This document shows, piece after piece, positions 19,024-28,218 of a stretch of 64,000 nt of DNA. The notes below the pieces were generated by a model. The model did not search any database and had not been told where the DNA came from. It saw only the letters and a program-made list of their open reading frames with translations. The first letter of the stretch is position 1. Each line of letters opens with the position of its first letter. The DNA is from Phycisphaerales bacterium (lineage in GTDB: Bacteria; Planctomycetota; Phycisphaerae; Phycisphaerales; SM1A02). The DNA lies in the NCBI GenBank assembly GCA_029247205.1, contig JAQWLT010000040.1, positions 546 through 64,545 on the forward strand. Direction: 5' to 3'. The translations under genes were made by a program, and so were the position numbers.

Positions 19024-20138
19024 TGGACTCGCTCTACCTGGTCGATCCATCCGCCGCAAAGTACAAGGTCGCCTTCATAACACACGACAGCCTGACCACT
19101 GGCAAGGGCCTCGTGCGGGGTGTCAAACCGAACGTCAATACGCTGATCTGGCAAGGCGCGGACGCGAGCTGGAATTGCTTCGCCATGAGCGCGTATTTGG
19201 GCCAGACAAGGCATCCAGTCCTCGCTAGGCGGCACATGCCAACTTGCTTCGCGTGCTTCGCACGCGGCCGCGGCAAGGTCAGACTTGATTCCAAGCGTGA
19301 CTGTATTGCTGACTGGGTTCTTGGCAACCACATAGCGTGGCTCGCCTACTGCTACGCCCAGTCGTCGTCGCTGGCCGATCGTGAAGTTTTGATGTCCTTC
19401 GTGACTGGCCAGTACGTTGCCATCTGTGTCGATCATCTTTCCAGTTGTGAACTGCTCAGGATTTCGCTTCTTCAGTACGCCTGCGTAGTCGTCGTCAGGG
19501 ACGAAACATATTTCCTGTGAGTCCGGTTTTGTATGGACACCAAGTGACATGTTCTTGGCCATCTCGCGTACTTCATCTTTGGTCATATCGCCGATTGGCA
19601 ACATCATGCGATCGAGCTGTCGGGGTCGAATGTCTGGGATACCCCCTGCGCCGAAAAGCACATAAGACTGATCCTTCCCCATGTCTGCTGCGCGGCGGAG
19701 GCGAGGCACTCCAGTGCTGCGATCGATGCGAGCGTGATGACCACTTGCCACCCACTTTGCATCGATGCCCTCGGCGTAGGTGTGCAGGCGGCCAAACTTG
19801 AGCCAGTCATTGCAGCGGACGCAGGGGTTTGGTGTGCGGCCGGCGTGATACTCATCTTCAAAGTACCGAATGATCTGCTCGAACTCATTGGCGAAGTTGA
19901 GGGCGTAGAAGGGGATGTCCAGCGTGGCAGCGACGCGTCGGGCATCATGCGCGTCGGTGATGGAGCAACAGCCTTTGTGCCCAAGAGTTGTGCCTCCAAC
20001 TGCTTCGCCAGGAGAACCAAGCCGCATGAAGCAGCCAATAACGTCATAGCCCGCTTCAACGAGGAGGGCTGCGGCAACGCTGGAATCGACGCCGCCTGAC
20101 ATGGCAACAAGCACTCTATCTCCGGGGGTGGGGTTCAT
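19020..20138 (-). CDS. mnmA: tRNA 2-thiouridine(34) synthase
   Basis: PP-loop 'RVLVAMSGGVDSSVAAALL' and catalytic Cys regions ('CCSITD', 'NPCVRCN'). Start trimmed to ATG 20138 ('MNPTPGDRVLVAMSGG'). The 81-codon upstream extension in the track has no MnmA counterpart. Confidence 0.9.
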   Translation of the reverse strand: MNPTPGDRVLVAMSGGVDSSVAAALLVEAGYDVIGCFMRLGSPGEAVGGTTLGHKGCCSITDAHDARRVAATLDIPFYALNFANEFEQIIRYFEDEYHAGRTPNPCVRCNDWLKFGRLHTYAEGIDAKWVASGHHARIDRSTGVPRLRRAADMGKDQSYVLFGAGGIPDIRPRQLDRMMLPIGDMTKDEVREMAKNMSLGVHTKPDSQEICFVPDDDYAGVLKKRNPEQFTTGKMIDTDGNVLASHEGHQNFTIGQRRRLGVAVGEPRYVVAKNPVSNTVTLGIKSDLAAAACEAREASWHVPPSEDWMPCLAQIRAHGEAIPARVRALPDQRIDVRFDTPHEALASGQAVVCYEGDLVLCGGWIDQVERVQ

Positions 20139-20195
20139 GGCTGCGATGATAGATGGGGATTGGTATCCTGACCTCTTAATCGGAGAATCAACCCC

Positions 20196-21266
20196 ATGAC
20201 GACTGTGACGTCCAACACCGTTGAATTGCTTGGCACCGAGGCCGACGACCTCCTTGGCCACCAATGTGTCTTGCCAGCCGACATGCTGCACCTCCCAGGC
20301 GGGGATTTTGTCGACCGCGTGTGGACAGGCAGCGATCGGAGCCCGCAGGTGCTTCGGTCCATTCAGACGCTCTATGGCCACGGTCGCCTTGGTGGAACTG
20401 GATATTTGTCAATCCTGCCAGTCGATCAGGGCATCGAGCATTCGGCCGCGGCTTCGTTTACGAAGAACCCGATTTACTTTGATCCGGGCAATATCGTCAA
20501 ACTCGCCATCGAGGGCGGGTGTAATGCCGTGGCAAGCACATTCGGTGTGCTTGGTTCGGTCGCTCGCACCTATGCCCACCAGATTCCGTTCATTGTGAAA
20601 CTCAATCACAACGAGTTGCTTACATCTCCCAACCAGTTTGATCAGGTGCTATTTGGCACGGTCGATGAGGCATGGAATATGGGGGCGGTCGCCGTTGGTG
20701 CAACAATTTACTTTGGAAGCGATCAGTCTCGCCGTCAGATCATGGAAATTGCCGATGCGTTCTCGTACGCACACGAACGAGGTCTCGCAACAGTCTTGTG
20801 GTGTTATCTGCGAAACGATGACTTCAAGGTTGACGGAGTTGACTATCACGCAGCCGCTGACTTGACCGCTCAGGCCAATCACCTCGGTTGCACAATCGAA
20901 GCTGACATCATTAAGCAGAAGTTGCCAACCAATAACCAAGGCTATGTCGCAATGAATGCCAACGGTTCATTCGGTAAGTACGACAAAACGATGTACGACA
21001 CGCTCTGCACTGATCATCCGATCGATCTGTGTCGCTGGCAGGTTGCAAATTGTTATATGGGCCGTGCCGGCCTGATCAACTCCGGCGGCGCGAGCGGCGA
21101 GAATGATTTTGCACAGGCTGTTCGCACTGCTGTTATCAATAAGCGTGCAGGCGGAACCGGTCTGATTTCAGGCAGAAAAGCATTCCAAAGGCCAATGGAT
21201 GAAGGTGTGAAGTTGCTTGGTGCTATTCAAGATGTCTTTCTTGATGATTCCATTGGGATCGCCTAG
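20196..21266 (+). CDS. fbaB: class I fructose-bisphosphate aldolase (FbaB/DhnA type)
   Basis: Near-colinear with E. coli FbaB as I recall it: '[19 protein letters not shown]', '[10 protein letters not shown]', '[21 protein letters not shown]', '[17 protein letters not shown]', '[22 protein letters not shown]'. Confidence 0.9.
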   Translation: MTTVTSNTVELLGTEADDLLGHQCVLPADMLHLPGGDFVDRVWTGSDRSPQVLRSIQTLYGHGRLGGTGYLSILPVDQGIEHSAAASFTKNPIYFDPGNIVKLAIEGGCNAVASTFGVLGSVARTYAHQIPFIVKLNHNELLTSPNQFDQVLFGTVDEAWNMGAVAVGATIYFGSDQSRRQIMEIADAFSYAHERGLATVLWCYLRNDDFKVDGVDYHAAADLTAQANHLGCTIEADIIKQKLPTNNQGYVAMNANGSFGKYDKTMYDTLCTDHPIDLCRWQVANCYMGRAGLINSGGASGENDFAQAVRTAVINKRAGGTGLISGRKAFQRPMDEGVKLLGAIQDVFLDDSIGIA

Positions 21267-21323
21267 AAAGCAACCGGTAGGACCATGTGCTCGCCTAGTA
21301 GCTGGTGTGTCATTCACGGACTG

Positions 21324-23402
21324 CTACGTACTCGTAATTGAAATCCGTGCTCGCCGTGCTTCACCCGCCTCGTGGCGACGGTGCAACGCTTGTTCTTTCA
21401 TTGCACGGGTCTGTTCGGCTTCGCTGAACTCTTCGCCGAATCGCACGAGCCGAAGACTGTTCGCGATGACGACTACGTAGCCCAAGGCGTAGTAGAAGGG
21501 TGCGATCCACAGCGTCAAAATGGTGCCGGTCGCGGCCAGTGCCAGGCCAATGACGGCCAGTAGAAGCGATACCCCGATGTTCTGGCTGATGACCGAGCGG
21601 GTCCGCCGGGCCAATGAGAGGAGGAATGGGATATGGCGCAAGTCATCGTTCATCAACGCTACGCCTGCTGAGTTGGTGGCGATATCTGAACCACTGAGGC
21701 CCATCGCCACGCCAACATCGGCGGTTGCAAGGATGGGGCCGTCATTGATACCGTCGCCGATCACCATTGTGCGGTGTCCGCGTTCCATGAGGTGCTTGAG
21801 TTCCTGATGTTTCTCTTCGGGTAGGCACTCGGCCTCAACGCTATCGATGCCAATGGCCTCGGCAACGCGGGTTGCCACTGGCAGGCGGTCACCAGTAAAC
21901 ATCGAAATGCGGCGGCAACCGAGTTCACGCAACTCTGCAACGGCTTCGGTCGCGTTGCTTCGCAACGCATCCTCGAGGCCAACAGCCCCGAGGTATTGGC
22001 CGGCACGCATGACATGTACGCCGGACATGCCGTCGATCTTCTCTTCCACAAGTGCGACTTCGCTGCTGATAGTGGGATCGATTTCAATGAGCCAAGCAGC
22101 GCGTCCAACATGGATGTCGCCATCGCCCGCATGGGCTACGACGCCTCGGCCGTGCAATTCTTCGTATCGTTCAAGTTCCGCTGGTTCAATATTGGCTTGG
22201 CGAGCGGTGTCGAGTATGGACCGTGCGAGCGGGTGATTCGAGTGTTGCTCGCCGTCCGCAGCAGCCTGTAAGAGTGCTGCACCTTCAATGCCCTCAGCTG
22301 GGCTCAGTCGAGAGACGGCGAAGATGCCGGTCGTGAGTGTGCCAGTCTTATCCATGATGACGGTGTCGACTTCGGCTGCAGCTTCGAGGGTACGAGTCTG
22401 CTTGATCATGATGCCAACTCGTGCCGCAGCGGCAAAGGCAGCGACCATGGCCGTGGGGTGCGAGATGAGTAGACCGCCGGGGCATGTGACCACAAGCACT
22501 GTGATGGCCCGAAGCGAGGCCTGGGCGCGGACGGCCTCTTCGCCGCTACGCGTTGCGAAGAACCAGACGAGTGCTGCCACCATGAGTACGACCCAGAAGT
22601 AATAGCCAGCGAGTTGCTCGATGATCTCTTGTCGTCTGGTCTTGCTCGACTCAGCTTCGCGAATCAGTGCTTCAACCTTACCGATAGTCGTTTCTGCAGC
22701 GACGGCGGTTACTTCGATGTCAATTTGGCCTGTCAGGTTCGTCGTGCCTGCGTAGACAGGCAATCCGGTGCCCACTTCTACTGGCACGGCTTCGCCTGTG
22801 AGGGAGGCTTGATTGATGTCGGATTCGCCCTTGACGACGCGCCCGTCAACAGGCAGGTTTTCGCCTGGCCGAACACGAACAACATCACCCTTATTCAGCG
22901 AACTGAGCGAGACGGTTTCTTCTTCGCCGCTTGCACTGATGCGGCGTGCAGTGTCTGGCGTGAGGTGCACGAGGTCACGAATAGCACGCTGCGCGCCCCA
23001 TGCGGTGCGACTGAGAATGAGGTTGGCAGCCCACAGAAAGAGGGCAAGGAAGCCAGCGGCGAGATACATCCCAGATGCCATGGCAGCAAGCACGGCCAGT
23101 GTGGCGAGCGCATCACCGCCTGGTCGACCTGTAGAGAGTTCTTTCCATGCTCCAGAAAGCAGTGGGATCACCAAAATCAGCGCACCGAGAAACGCAGGTA
23201 TTTGAGCGATCTGTGCGTTGACACCAAGTAGTCCGCCAATCCAAGCAGTGCCCAGAAGTACGCCGCCACCAAGTGCCACGAGCAGCCTGCGTTCAAGTCC
23301 GGCGGCGGATCGTTCCTCGAGGGCGGGGGGGTCGGTTGCTGCGGCTGGTGTTTGTGCTGTCATCTCGTGCTCGCTCATCGGCGTCTGTCTGCTCCAGTCC
23401 AA
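21324..23402 (-). CDS. P1B-type (heavy-metal) P-type ATPase lacking an N-terminal HMA domain
   Basis: Actuator 'LTGEAVPVE', phosphorylation site 'MDKTGTLTTG', hinge 'GDGINDGPILATADVGVAMG'. The TM-helix metal motif reads 'VVTCPGGLLISHP' (CPG rather than CPC/CPH/SPC). The track start is TTG. ATG 23378 ('MSEHEM') is an alternative. Confidence 0.85.
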   Translation of the reverse strand: MDWSRQTPMSEHEMTAQTPAAATDPPALEERSAAGLERRLLVALGGGVLLGTAWIGGLLGVNAQIAQIPAFLGALILVIPLLSGAWKELSTGRPGGDALATLAVLAAMASGMYLAAGFLALFLWAANLILSRTAWGAQRAIRDLVHLTPDTARRISASGEEETVSLSSLNKGDVVRVRPGENLPVDGRVVKGESDINQASLTGEAVPVEVGTGLPVYAGTTNLTGQIDIEVTAVAAETTIGKVEALIREAESSKTRRQEIIEQLAGYYFWVVLMVAALVWFFATRSGEEAVRAQASLRAITVLVVTCPGGLLISHPTAMVAAFAAAARVGIMIKQTRTLEAAAEVDTVIMDKTGTLTTGIFAVSRLSPAEGIEGAALLQAAADGEQHSNHPLARSILDTARQANIEPAELERYEELHGRGVVAHAGDGDIHVGRAAWLIEIDPTISSEVALVEEKIDGMSGVHVMRAGQYLGAVGLEDALRSNATEAVAELRELGCRRISMFTGDRLPVATRVAEAIGIDSVEAECLPEEKHQELKHLMERGHRTMVIGDGINDGPILATADVGVAMGLSGSDIATNSAGVALMNDDLRHIPFLLSLARRTRSVISQNIGVSLLLAVIGLALAATGTILTLWIAPFYYALGYVVVIANSLRLVRFGEEFSEAEQTRAMKEQALHRRHEAGEARRARISITST

Positions 23403-23551
23403 GAATATGGTGGGAAGACGAAGAGTATAGATTCACCCTGCGTCGCGAACCGCCGAGGCCACCCAACCGCCTTTCTACGCCTGCAAGCGATGGTCGGTTC
23501 GTCGGCCTGCTACGCTCTTGCCCATCTTGGCCCCAGAGGAGCCCACGAGCC

Positions 23552-24547
23552 GTGCAGGAACGCATTTCAATCATTGGAGATGGGCAAATGGGCCTCGTGC
23601 TGGCCGATGCTCTCCGTTCGCGGGAGCTGCCAGTGAGTATGTGGGGGCCATTTGAGGATGTGGTTGAGGTGCTCGCCCGGACTCGGGAGAACCCTGGAAG
23701 AATGCCAGGTTTCAAGCTTGATGATGCGGTCCACGTGACAAGCGATGCAGGCGAGGCAATGGCAGCGGCGACCATCGCCATCAATGCCATTCCCAGTCAG
23801 TTCATCCGTCCTGTGTGGTCGAAGCTTGCCGCAAGTGTGCCAGCCGGGTGTTCGATTATCAGTGTCGCCAAGGGTATAGAGAACGACACGTTACTTCGGC
23901 CGAGTGAGGTCCTTGCGGAAGTGGTGGCGGATGCTGGAGCATGTTGCGCACTCTCTGGGCCGACTATTGCCACCGAGTTGGCTGCACACCAACCCGCAGT
24001 GCTTGTTGCGGCATCCAAGGATGCCTCGCTTGTGGAACGTGTGCAGCAATGCTTCGATGTGCCATGGCTTCGCATTTATGGTGGCAGCGACTTGATTGGT
24101 GTGGAACTTGCAGGAGCGTGCAAGAATGTCATCGCACTTGCTGCCGGCATGTGTGATGGTTTGTCACTCGGTGACAACGCAAAGTCAGCCGTATTGGCTC
24201 GTGGCTTGGCAGAAATTACACGACTCGGCGTCGCCATGGGAGCGCAGGCAGAAACGTTCTACGGCGTTGCGGGTGTTGGCGATCTCGCAACGACATGCTT
24301 CAGTCCGCACGGTCGAAATCGAACTTGCGGGGAGGCGATTGGAAAGGGGGCAACGCTCTCTGAGTATGAGGCGCAGACGCATTCAGTTGTGGAGGGTGTG
24401 GCAACAGCAAAGAGTGTGGTGCTGCTTGCGCGTCAGTATGCGGTCGAGATGCCAATCGTAGAGGTCGTGCACGCCGTACTGTTTGGCGATCTGCCGCCTG
24501 CACATGGCGTTTTGAAACTTATGCAGCGAGCGTCTGGACCCGAGTAG
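23552..24547 (+). CDS. gpsA: NAD(P)H-dependent glycerol-3-phosphate dehydrogenase
   Basis: Rossmann motif 'ISIIGDGQMGLVLA', with 'ELAGACKNVIALAAG' and 'SPHGRNRTCGEAIGKG'. Start set at in-frame GTG 23552, preceded by AGAGGA at 23535-23540. The 93 upstream codons of the track ORF are Arg/Pro-rich and not GpsA-like. Confidence 0.85.
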   Translation: MQERISIIGDGQMGLVLADALRSRELPVSMWGPFEDVVEVLARTRENPGRMPGFKLDDAVHVTSDAGEAMAAATIAINAIPSQFIRPVWSKLAASVPAGCSIISVAKGIENDTLLRPSEVLAEVVADAGACCALSGPTIATELAAHQPAVLVAASKDASLVERVQQCFDVPWLRIYGGSDLIGVELAGACKNVIALAAGMCDGLSLGDNAKSAVLARGLAEITRLGVAMGAQAETFYGVAGVGDLATTCFSPHGRNRTCGEAIGKGATLSEYEAQTHSVVEGVATAKSVVLLARQYAVEMPIVEVVHAVLFGDLPPAHGVLKLMQRASGPE

Positions 24548-24573
24548 GGAGTGGATGCGACGTGCTCTGTTGC

Positions 24574-24855
24574 TCAGCCCTCGTCAAAGCCAACCTTGAC
24601 TAGTTGTACAAGATCTCGCACCGCCTCTTCGGCGCCTTCGCCGGTGGCTCTGATTTCTAGTTCAGTCCCCGCTGTAGCGGCAAGCATCATGATCTTCATG
24701 ATCGACTTGGCGTCGACTGCTTCGTCTTGGTCGGTGCGTCGTACGGTGATGTGAGCTGTGAACCGCTGTGCTGTTTCAGCAAGTAGCATCGCCGGCCTGG
24801 CGTGCAGGCCGAGGCGGTTACTTACCTTTACTTTCTTATGTGCTGATGCGGTCAC
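24574..24855 (-). CDS. ptsH: phosphocarrier protein HPr
   Basis: 93 aa. Active-site His in 'RLGLHARPA' and regulatory Ser in 'VDAKSIMKIM'. Confidence 0.85.
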   Translation of the reverse strand: MTASAHKKVKVSNRLGLHARPAMLLAETAQRFTAHITVRRTDQDEAVDAKSIMKIMMLAATAGTELEIRATGEGAEEAVRDLVQLVKVGFDEG

Positions 24856-24893
24856 GGTTGAGTCGACTACCAGGGGTTCATCTTTGAGTGTGT

Positions 24894-25370
24894 TTAGTTT
24901 GACAACTGGTGGCTGTCAGTATCATTGAGTAGTTGGAGTACGTCATCCACGCTGGAGGCTTGCCGAAGAAATCGTCTGAAGGTTTCTTGGCTGAGACTTC
25001 CAAAGACTGCCTCCATCGCTTCCAGATGCAGTTCGGGCTGGTCCTCGGGGCTCAGGAGCAGAAAAATGGAGTACACCGGGTTGCCGTCAAGCGCGTTGAA
25101 GTCAACGCCGTCGACGACATTTGCGATGGCCACCACGACCTTGCCGACCGATGCTTTTTTGAGATGTGGCACCGCCACGCCGTTGCCGAAGCCAGTTGAT
25201 CCACGATTTTCTCGTTTGATGACCGCTTTGACGTACTCGTCGACGTAATCCGGCTTTACCTCGCCTGCGTCAACAAGCAATTGCATCATGGCTTTGATCG
25301 CGTCGTTTCGAGTTGTTGTCTCAAGCGAAGCCGAGATGGCTTTCTTGTGTACAAGTGTTGTCAGTTTCAT
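24894..25370 (-). CDS. ptsN: PTS IIA-like nitrogen-regulatory protein
   Basis: 158 aa. PTS EIIA type-2 fold signature with phospho-His in 'GFGNGVAVPHLK'. Overlaps the hpf stop by 4 nt. Forms the classical hpf-ptsN neighbourhood. Confidence 0.8.
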   Translation of the reverse strand: MKLTTLVHKKAISASLETTTRNDAIKAMMQLLVDAGEVKPDYVDEYVKAVIKRENRGSTGFGNGVAVPHLKKASVGKVVVAIANVVDGVDFNALDGNPVYSIFLLLSPEDQPELHLEAMEAVFGSLSQETFRRFLRQASSVDDVLQLLNDTDSHQLSN

Positions 25371-25690
25371 TCGTCGGCTCCCGACTTTGGAGTGTGGTGC
25401 TTGTGATCCTTCAGTTTACTCTTCAAGTCAGATAGTTGTCGCACAGCGCGATCGGTGCATTGATCGACTGCCGCATATAAGTCGGTTGCTGACGCATGCG
25501 AGATAAGTGGTTCACTGTGCTCAACTCTGACGATGCACTCGATGAGATGCTCAGACTTTTGGTGGTCAACCACCATTTCAATGGATGAAATACGATCGTA
25601 GTAGCGAGTGAATCGTTCGGCTTTCTTTGTGATGTACTCCTCGATGGCCGGAGTGGGGTTGCCATGGCGAGTGGAAATGGAAATCTGCAT
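25367..25690 (-). CDS. hpf: ribosome hibernation promoting factor (short HPF/YhbH)
   Basis: 107 aa. N-terminus 'MQISISTRHGNPTPAIEEYITKKAERFTRYYD' is typical of the sigma-54 modulation protein / S30EA family. Confidence 0.85.
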   Translation of the reverse strand: MQISISTRHGNPTPAIEEYITKKAERFTRYYDRISSIEMVVDHQKSEHLIECIVRVEHSEPLISHASATDLYAAVDQCTDRAVRQLSDLKSKLKDHKHHTPKSGADE

Positions 25691-25692
25691 GC

Positions 25693-26571
25693 CTAGGTTC
25701 CTTGCTCTTGCGATGTGTCTGGTGAATCTGGTTTCGTATCCGGAGGTGTTTCGATCATTACATCACCGGGCAATTGAGAGGGGGGTCGTAGCACCCCGCC
25801 ACTAATGGTGAATCCGATGGCTTCCTCAACCGTCAGCGGCAATTCAATGGTGGAATCTTTGGGGACGGTAATCGTGTACCCGGTGAATGGAGTAGGCGAA
25901 CTCGGAATGAAGACGGTGATGCTCTCGGTCCCCAATACGTCACTGATGCTTCGCAGGGCCGGTCCTGTTTGGAATCCGACCGCCCAGATGCCGCGGCGGG
26001 GATACTCGACGGCAACGACAGTGCTGAATTCGAGTTGTTGTCTTTGTCTTGAGAACAAGAAATCCACGATCTGCTTAATCCAGCTGTAGATCTTCTTGAT
26101 CACTGGCAGCGATGTAATGACCCGTTCAACCCACCGATAGAGGGCGCGGCCCATCCAGCCACCGACGAGCCGACCAGTGAGATAGACCGCAAACACGGCG
26201 ATGAGCAAGCCGATCATGCGAACGGGCCAATACTCAGCCCACCATGAGTTCAGAATGCCTATTTGGTACTCATAGGTCAGCGTTGCGTCGTTTGCCACAT
26301 CAGTGGAGCCAAGCCCCATGGCTTCACGAGCAATAGTGAGGTCTTCGTTCGAGGGCGTGATGCCCCATGACTCTGGTAGAGCTGGCCATGCTGCAAACAG
26401 TTGAGCGAATAGGTACCGAACGCCTGCATTGATCGGCTCGGCAATGGAGGCGTTGACCCAGAGATACGCCTGCGCTAGCACCCATAAAGTGAGTGTGGCA
26501 GGCAGTACGACTGCCAATCCTCGCAAAAAGAACCTGCGGAAGTTACTTCGGGATGGAAGGTTCGTTGGCAT
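25693..26571 (-). CDS. DUF502-family membrane protein
   Basis: 'FFLRGLAVVLPATLTLWVL' plus the C-terminal 'IPSSPTPFTGYTITVPKDSTIELPLTVEEAIGFTISGG' match the two conserved DUF502 blocks. Two or three TM helices. Confidence 0.65.
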   Translation of the reverse strand: MPTNLPSRSNFRRFFLRGLAVVLPATLTLWVLAQAYLWVNASIAEPINAGVRYLFAQLFAAWPALPESWGITPSNEDLTIAREAMGLGSTDVANDATLTYEYQIGILNSWWAEYWPVRMIGLLIAVFAVYLTGRLVGGWMGRALYRWVERVITSLPVIKKIYSWIKQIVDFLFSRQRQQLEFSTVVAVEYPRRGIWAVGFQTGPALRSISDVLGTESITVFIPSSPTPFTGYTITVPKDSTIELPLTVEEAIGFTISGGVLRPPSQLPGDVMIETPPDTKPDSPDTSQEQGT

Positions 26572-26669
26572 CAGTGTTGGTGCGGTCCCATTGTACTGAC
26601 CAAATCAGTCAGCACGACTTCGTTGGGTGGACTGCTGCATCAGGCCAGAGGGGCCGATCGGCAGCGATG

Positions 26670-27266
26670 TCAGTCTCCCCAAGGCTCTGTATGCACACGG
26701 CCCTCTGCCAGCAGTCGAATTGCTTCAGGCATGGCGAGACATTCTTCCTGGAAGACACGAGCGGCAAGCGTGGTGGGCGTGTCATCTGATACGACCTCGC
26801 ATTCTCGCTGGAGAATGGTTTGGCCGTGGTCGTATTCGTCGTCAACAAAGTGCACGGTGCACCCGCTCGTTGCATTGCCTGAGGCAAGTACTGCCTTATG
26901 CACATGCTGGCCGTGCATGCCACGTCCTCCGAATGCAGGAAGTAACGCGGGATGAATATTGATGACGCGTTGTCGCATCCATGGTTGGATTGGCAGCAGG
27001 CGAAGATAGCCACAGAGGCACACAAGTTCGGGTGATGTTGCGGCAATGCGTGAAACGACCCAATCATCAATGTCTACATCTGAGGGCGGCTCATATACAC
27101 GCAAGCCTCTCGCTCGGCACCGCTCGGCGGCGGGAAGCATGGTTCGAGAAAGTACAACACACTCGATGGTGGCAGCAAGCGTGCCAGCCTCGATGTGATC
27201 GAGCAGATTCAGGATGGTTCGACCACCACCGCTGGCGCAGCAGACCAGCCGAAGTGGCTCGTTCAT
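26670..27266 (-). CDS. purN: phosphoribosylglycinamide formyltransferase
   Basis: 198 aa. 'RLVCCASGGGRTILNL', 'VCLCGYLRLL', 'INIHPALLPAFGGRGMHGQHVH' and 'SGCTVHFVDDEYDHGQ' are the PurN formyl-transferase core motifs. Confidence 0.9.
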   Translation of the reverse strand: MNEPLRLVCCASGGGRTILNLLDHIEAGTLAATIECVVLSRTMLPAAERCRARGLRVYEPPSDVDIDDWVVSRIAATSPELVCLCGYLRLLPIQPWMRQRVINIHPALLPAFGGRGMHGQHVHKAVLASGNATSGCTVHFVDDEYDHGQTILQRECEVVSDDTPTTLAARVFQEECLAMPEAIRLLAEGRVHTEPWGD

Positions 27267-27700
27267 GAGCCGGGCCGATCCAAGGAGATTGAGGGAGGCG
27301 ATTCAAACGGAATGGGTGTGCCAGTGGCGTCGACGCTCACCATTGTGAGTGAAGCTGACGTGACTTGAACGGTCTCTCCACTCGTAAAGCGTTCGGCAAA
27401 CACAGACACATTCACTGTCACGCTGGTTCGGCCAGCACGTTTGGTTGAGGTATATAAACTGACGATGTCGCCAGACCACACTGGTGCGCTAAATTCCACG
27501 CCATCCATCGACACAGTGACCCAGCGATGCAGTCCATGCAGTCGCGCCTCGTAGAACCCAGCCTGGTCGACGAGCGAGAGAATGACACCGCCAAAAATTG
27601 TGCCCTGCACATTGGTGTCTTTGGGCATCATGTGTACCCGCAAAGCCAAGTGGGCGTCCTGCTGTTGAGGTGATCCGCTGCCGGGAGTGGGTGTGCTCAT
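27263..27700 (-). CDS. acyl-CoA thioesterase (YciA-like hotdog fold)
   Basis: 145 aa. 'MMPKDTNVQGTIFGGVILSLVDQAG' and 'GDIVSLYTSTKRAGRTSVTV' fit the 4HBT/YciA hotdog family. 4-nt overlaps with both neighbouring genes. Confidence 0.8.
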   Translation of the reverse strand: MSTPTPGSGSPQQQDAHLALRVHMMPKDTNVQGTIFGGVILSLVDQAGFYEARLHGLHRWVTVSMDGVEFSAPVWSGDIVSLYTSTKRAGRTSVTVNVSVFAERFTSGETVQVTSASLTMVSVDATGTPIPFESPPSISLDRPGS

Positions 27701-28218
27701 GGGTGCATGGTCTCCTTATCGCCGGTGGAAGGCAACTGTGGCAATGCCAAGTTGTTTGATTGCAGGGCTGCTGCTGCGATGGCATGGTCCCCACCTGCTC
27801 GAGACAACGCTGCGATCACGCGATGCATCAAGGCGGGCTGGCTTTGTTCCCAACCGAAGCAGCCTTGCGCTTCTAGTACGGCTACGGCATCGAGCAAGGC
27901 GGCATCTTCTCCGTGAGCCAGAAGTTGGTCTTCAACAACTGGCTGCCACTGGTAAATCCTCTCCTGCTCGCTGCCCGGCGGAGGTGATGTCAGCCATTCC
28001 CATGCGGCCATCCTCGTTTCAGTATGACTGGATGTCAGGTCACGGATGACGGCATGGGCGTACAGCGATGGCATTGCCCACAGGCCTCCGATCGCTCCAA
28101 TGAGCGTGGCGAGCGAGATTGTCCACCATGTCCACTTTCGTCCTGGCATACATATGCTCCGAGCGGGCACCGTACGTTGCGGGCGAGCGGTTGTCATCCC
28201 GCTGTACGTGCGTGGCAA
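27697..28218 (-). CDS. hypothetical membrane-anchored protein
   Basis: ORF with one predicted TM helix ('WTWWTISLATLIGAIGGLWAM') followed by a helical soluble region. No family recognised. The start is uncertain: 28218, or ATG 28149 ('MPGRKWTWW'). Either start overlaps the 3' end of the upstream 770-aa gene. Confidence 0.4.
   Translation of the reverse strand: MPRTYSGMTTARPQRTVPARSICMPGRKWTWWTISLATLIGAIGGLWAMPSLYAHAVIRDLTSSHTETRMAAWEWLTSPPPGSEQERIYQWQPVVEDQLLAHGEDAALLDAVAVLEAQGCFGWEQSQPALMHRVIAALSRAGGDHAIAAAALQSNNLALPQLPSTGDKETMHP

Noticed and set aside
20139-20381. 81-codon N-terminal extension of mnmA. Similar extensions occur on miaA (41141-41323), gpsA (23273-23551), lnt, accD, rpe, mreC and the HEAT-repeat gene.
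   Set aside because: The track always takes the longest ORF. The extensions lack homology to the respective families, are Arg/Pro/Gly-rich, and often run into the neighbouring gene or a divergent promoter. Internal starts fit the conserved N-termini and give the classic ATGA/GTGA junctions.
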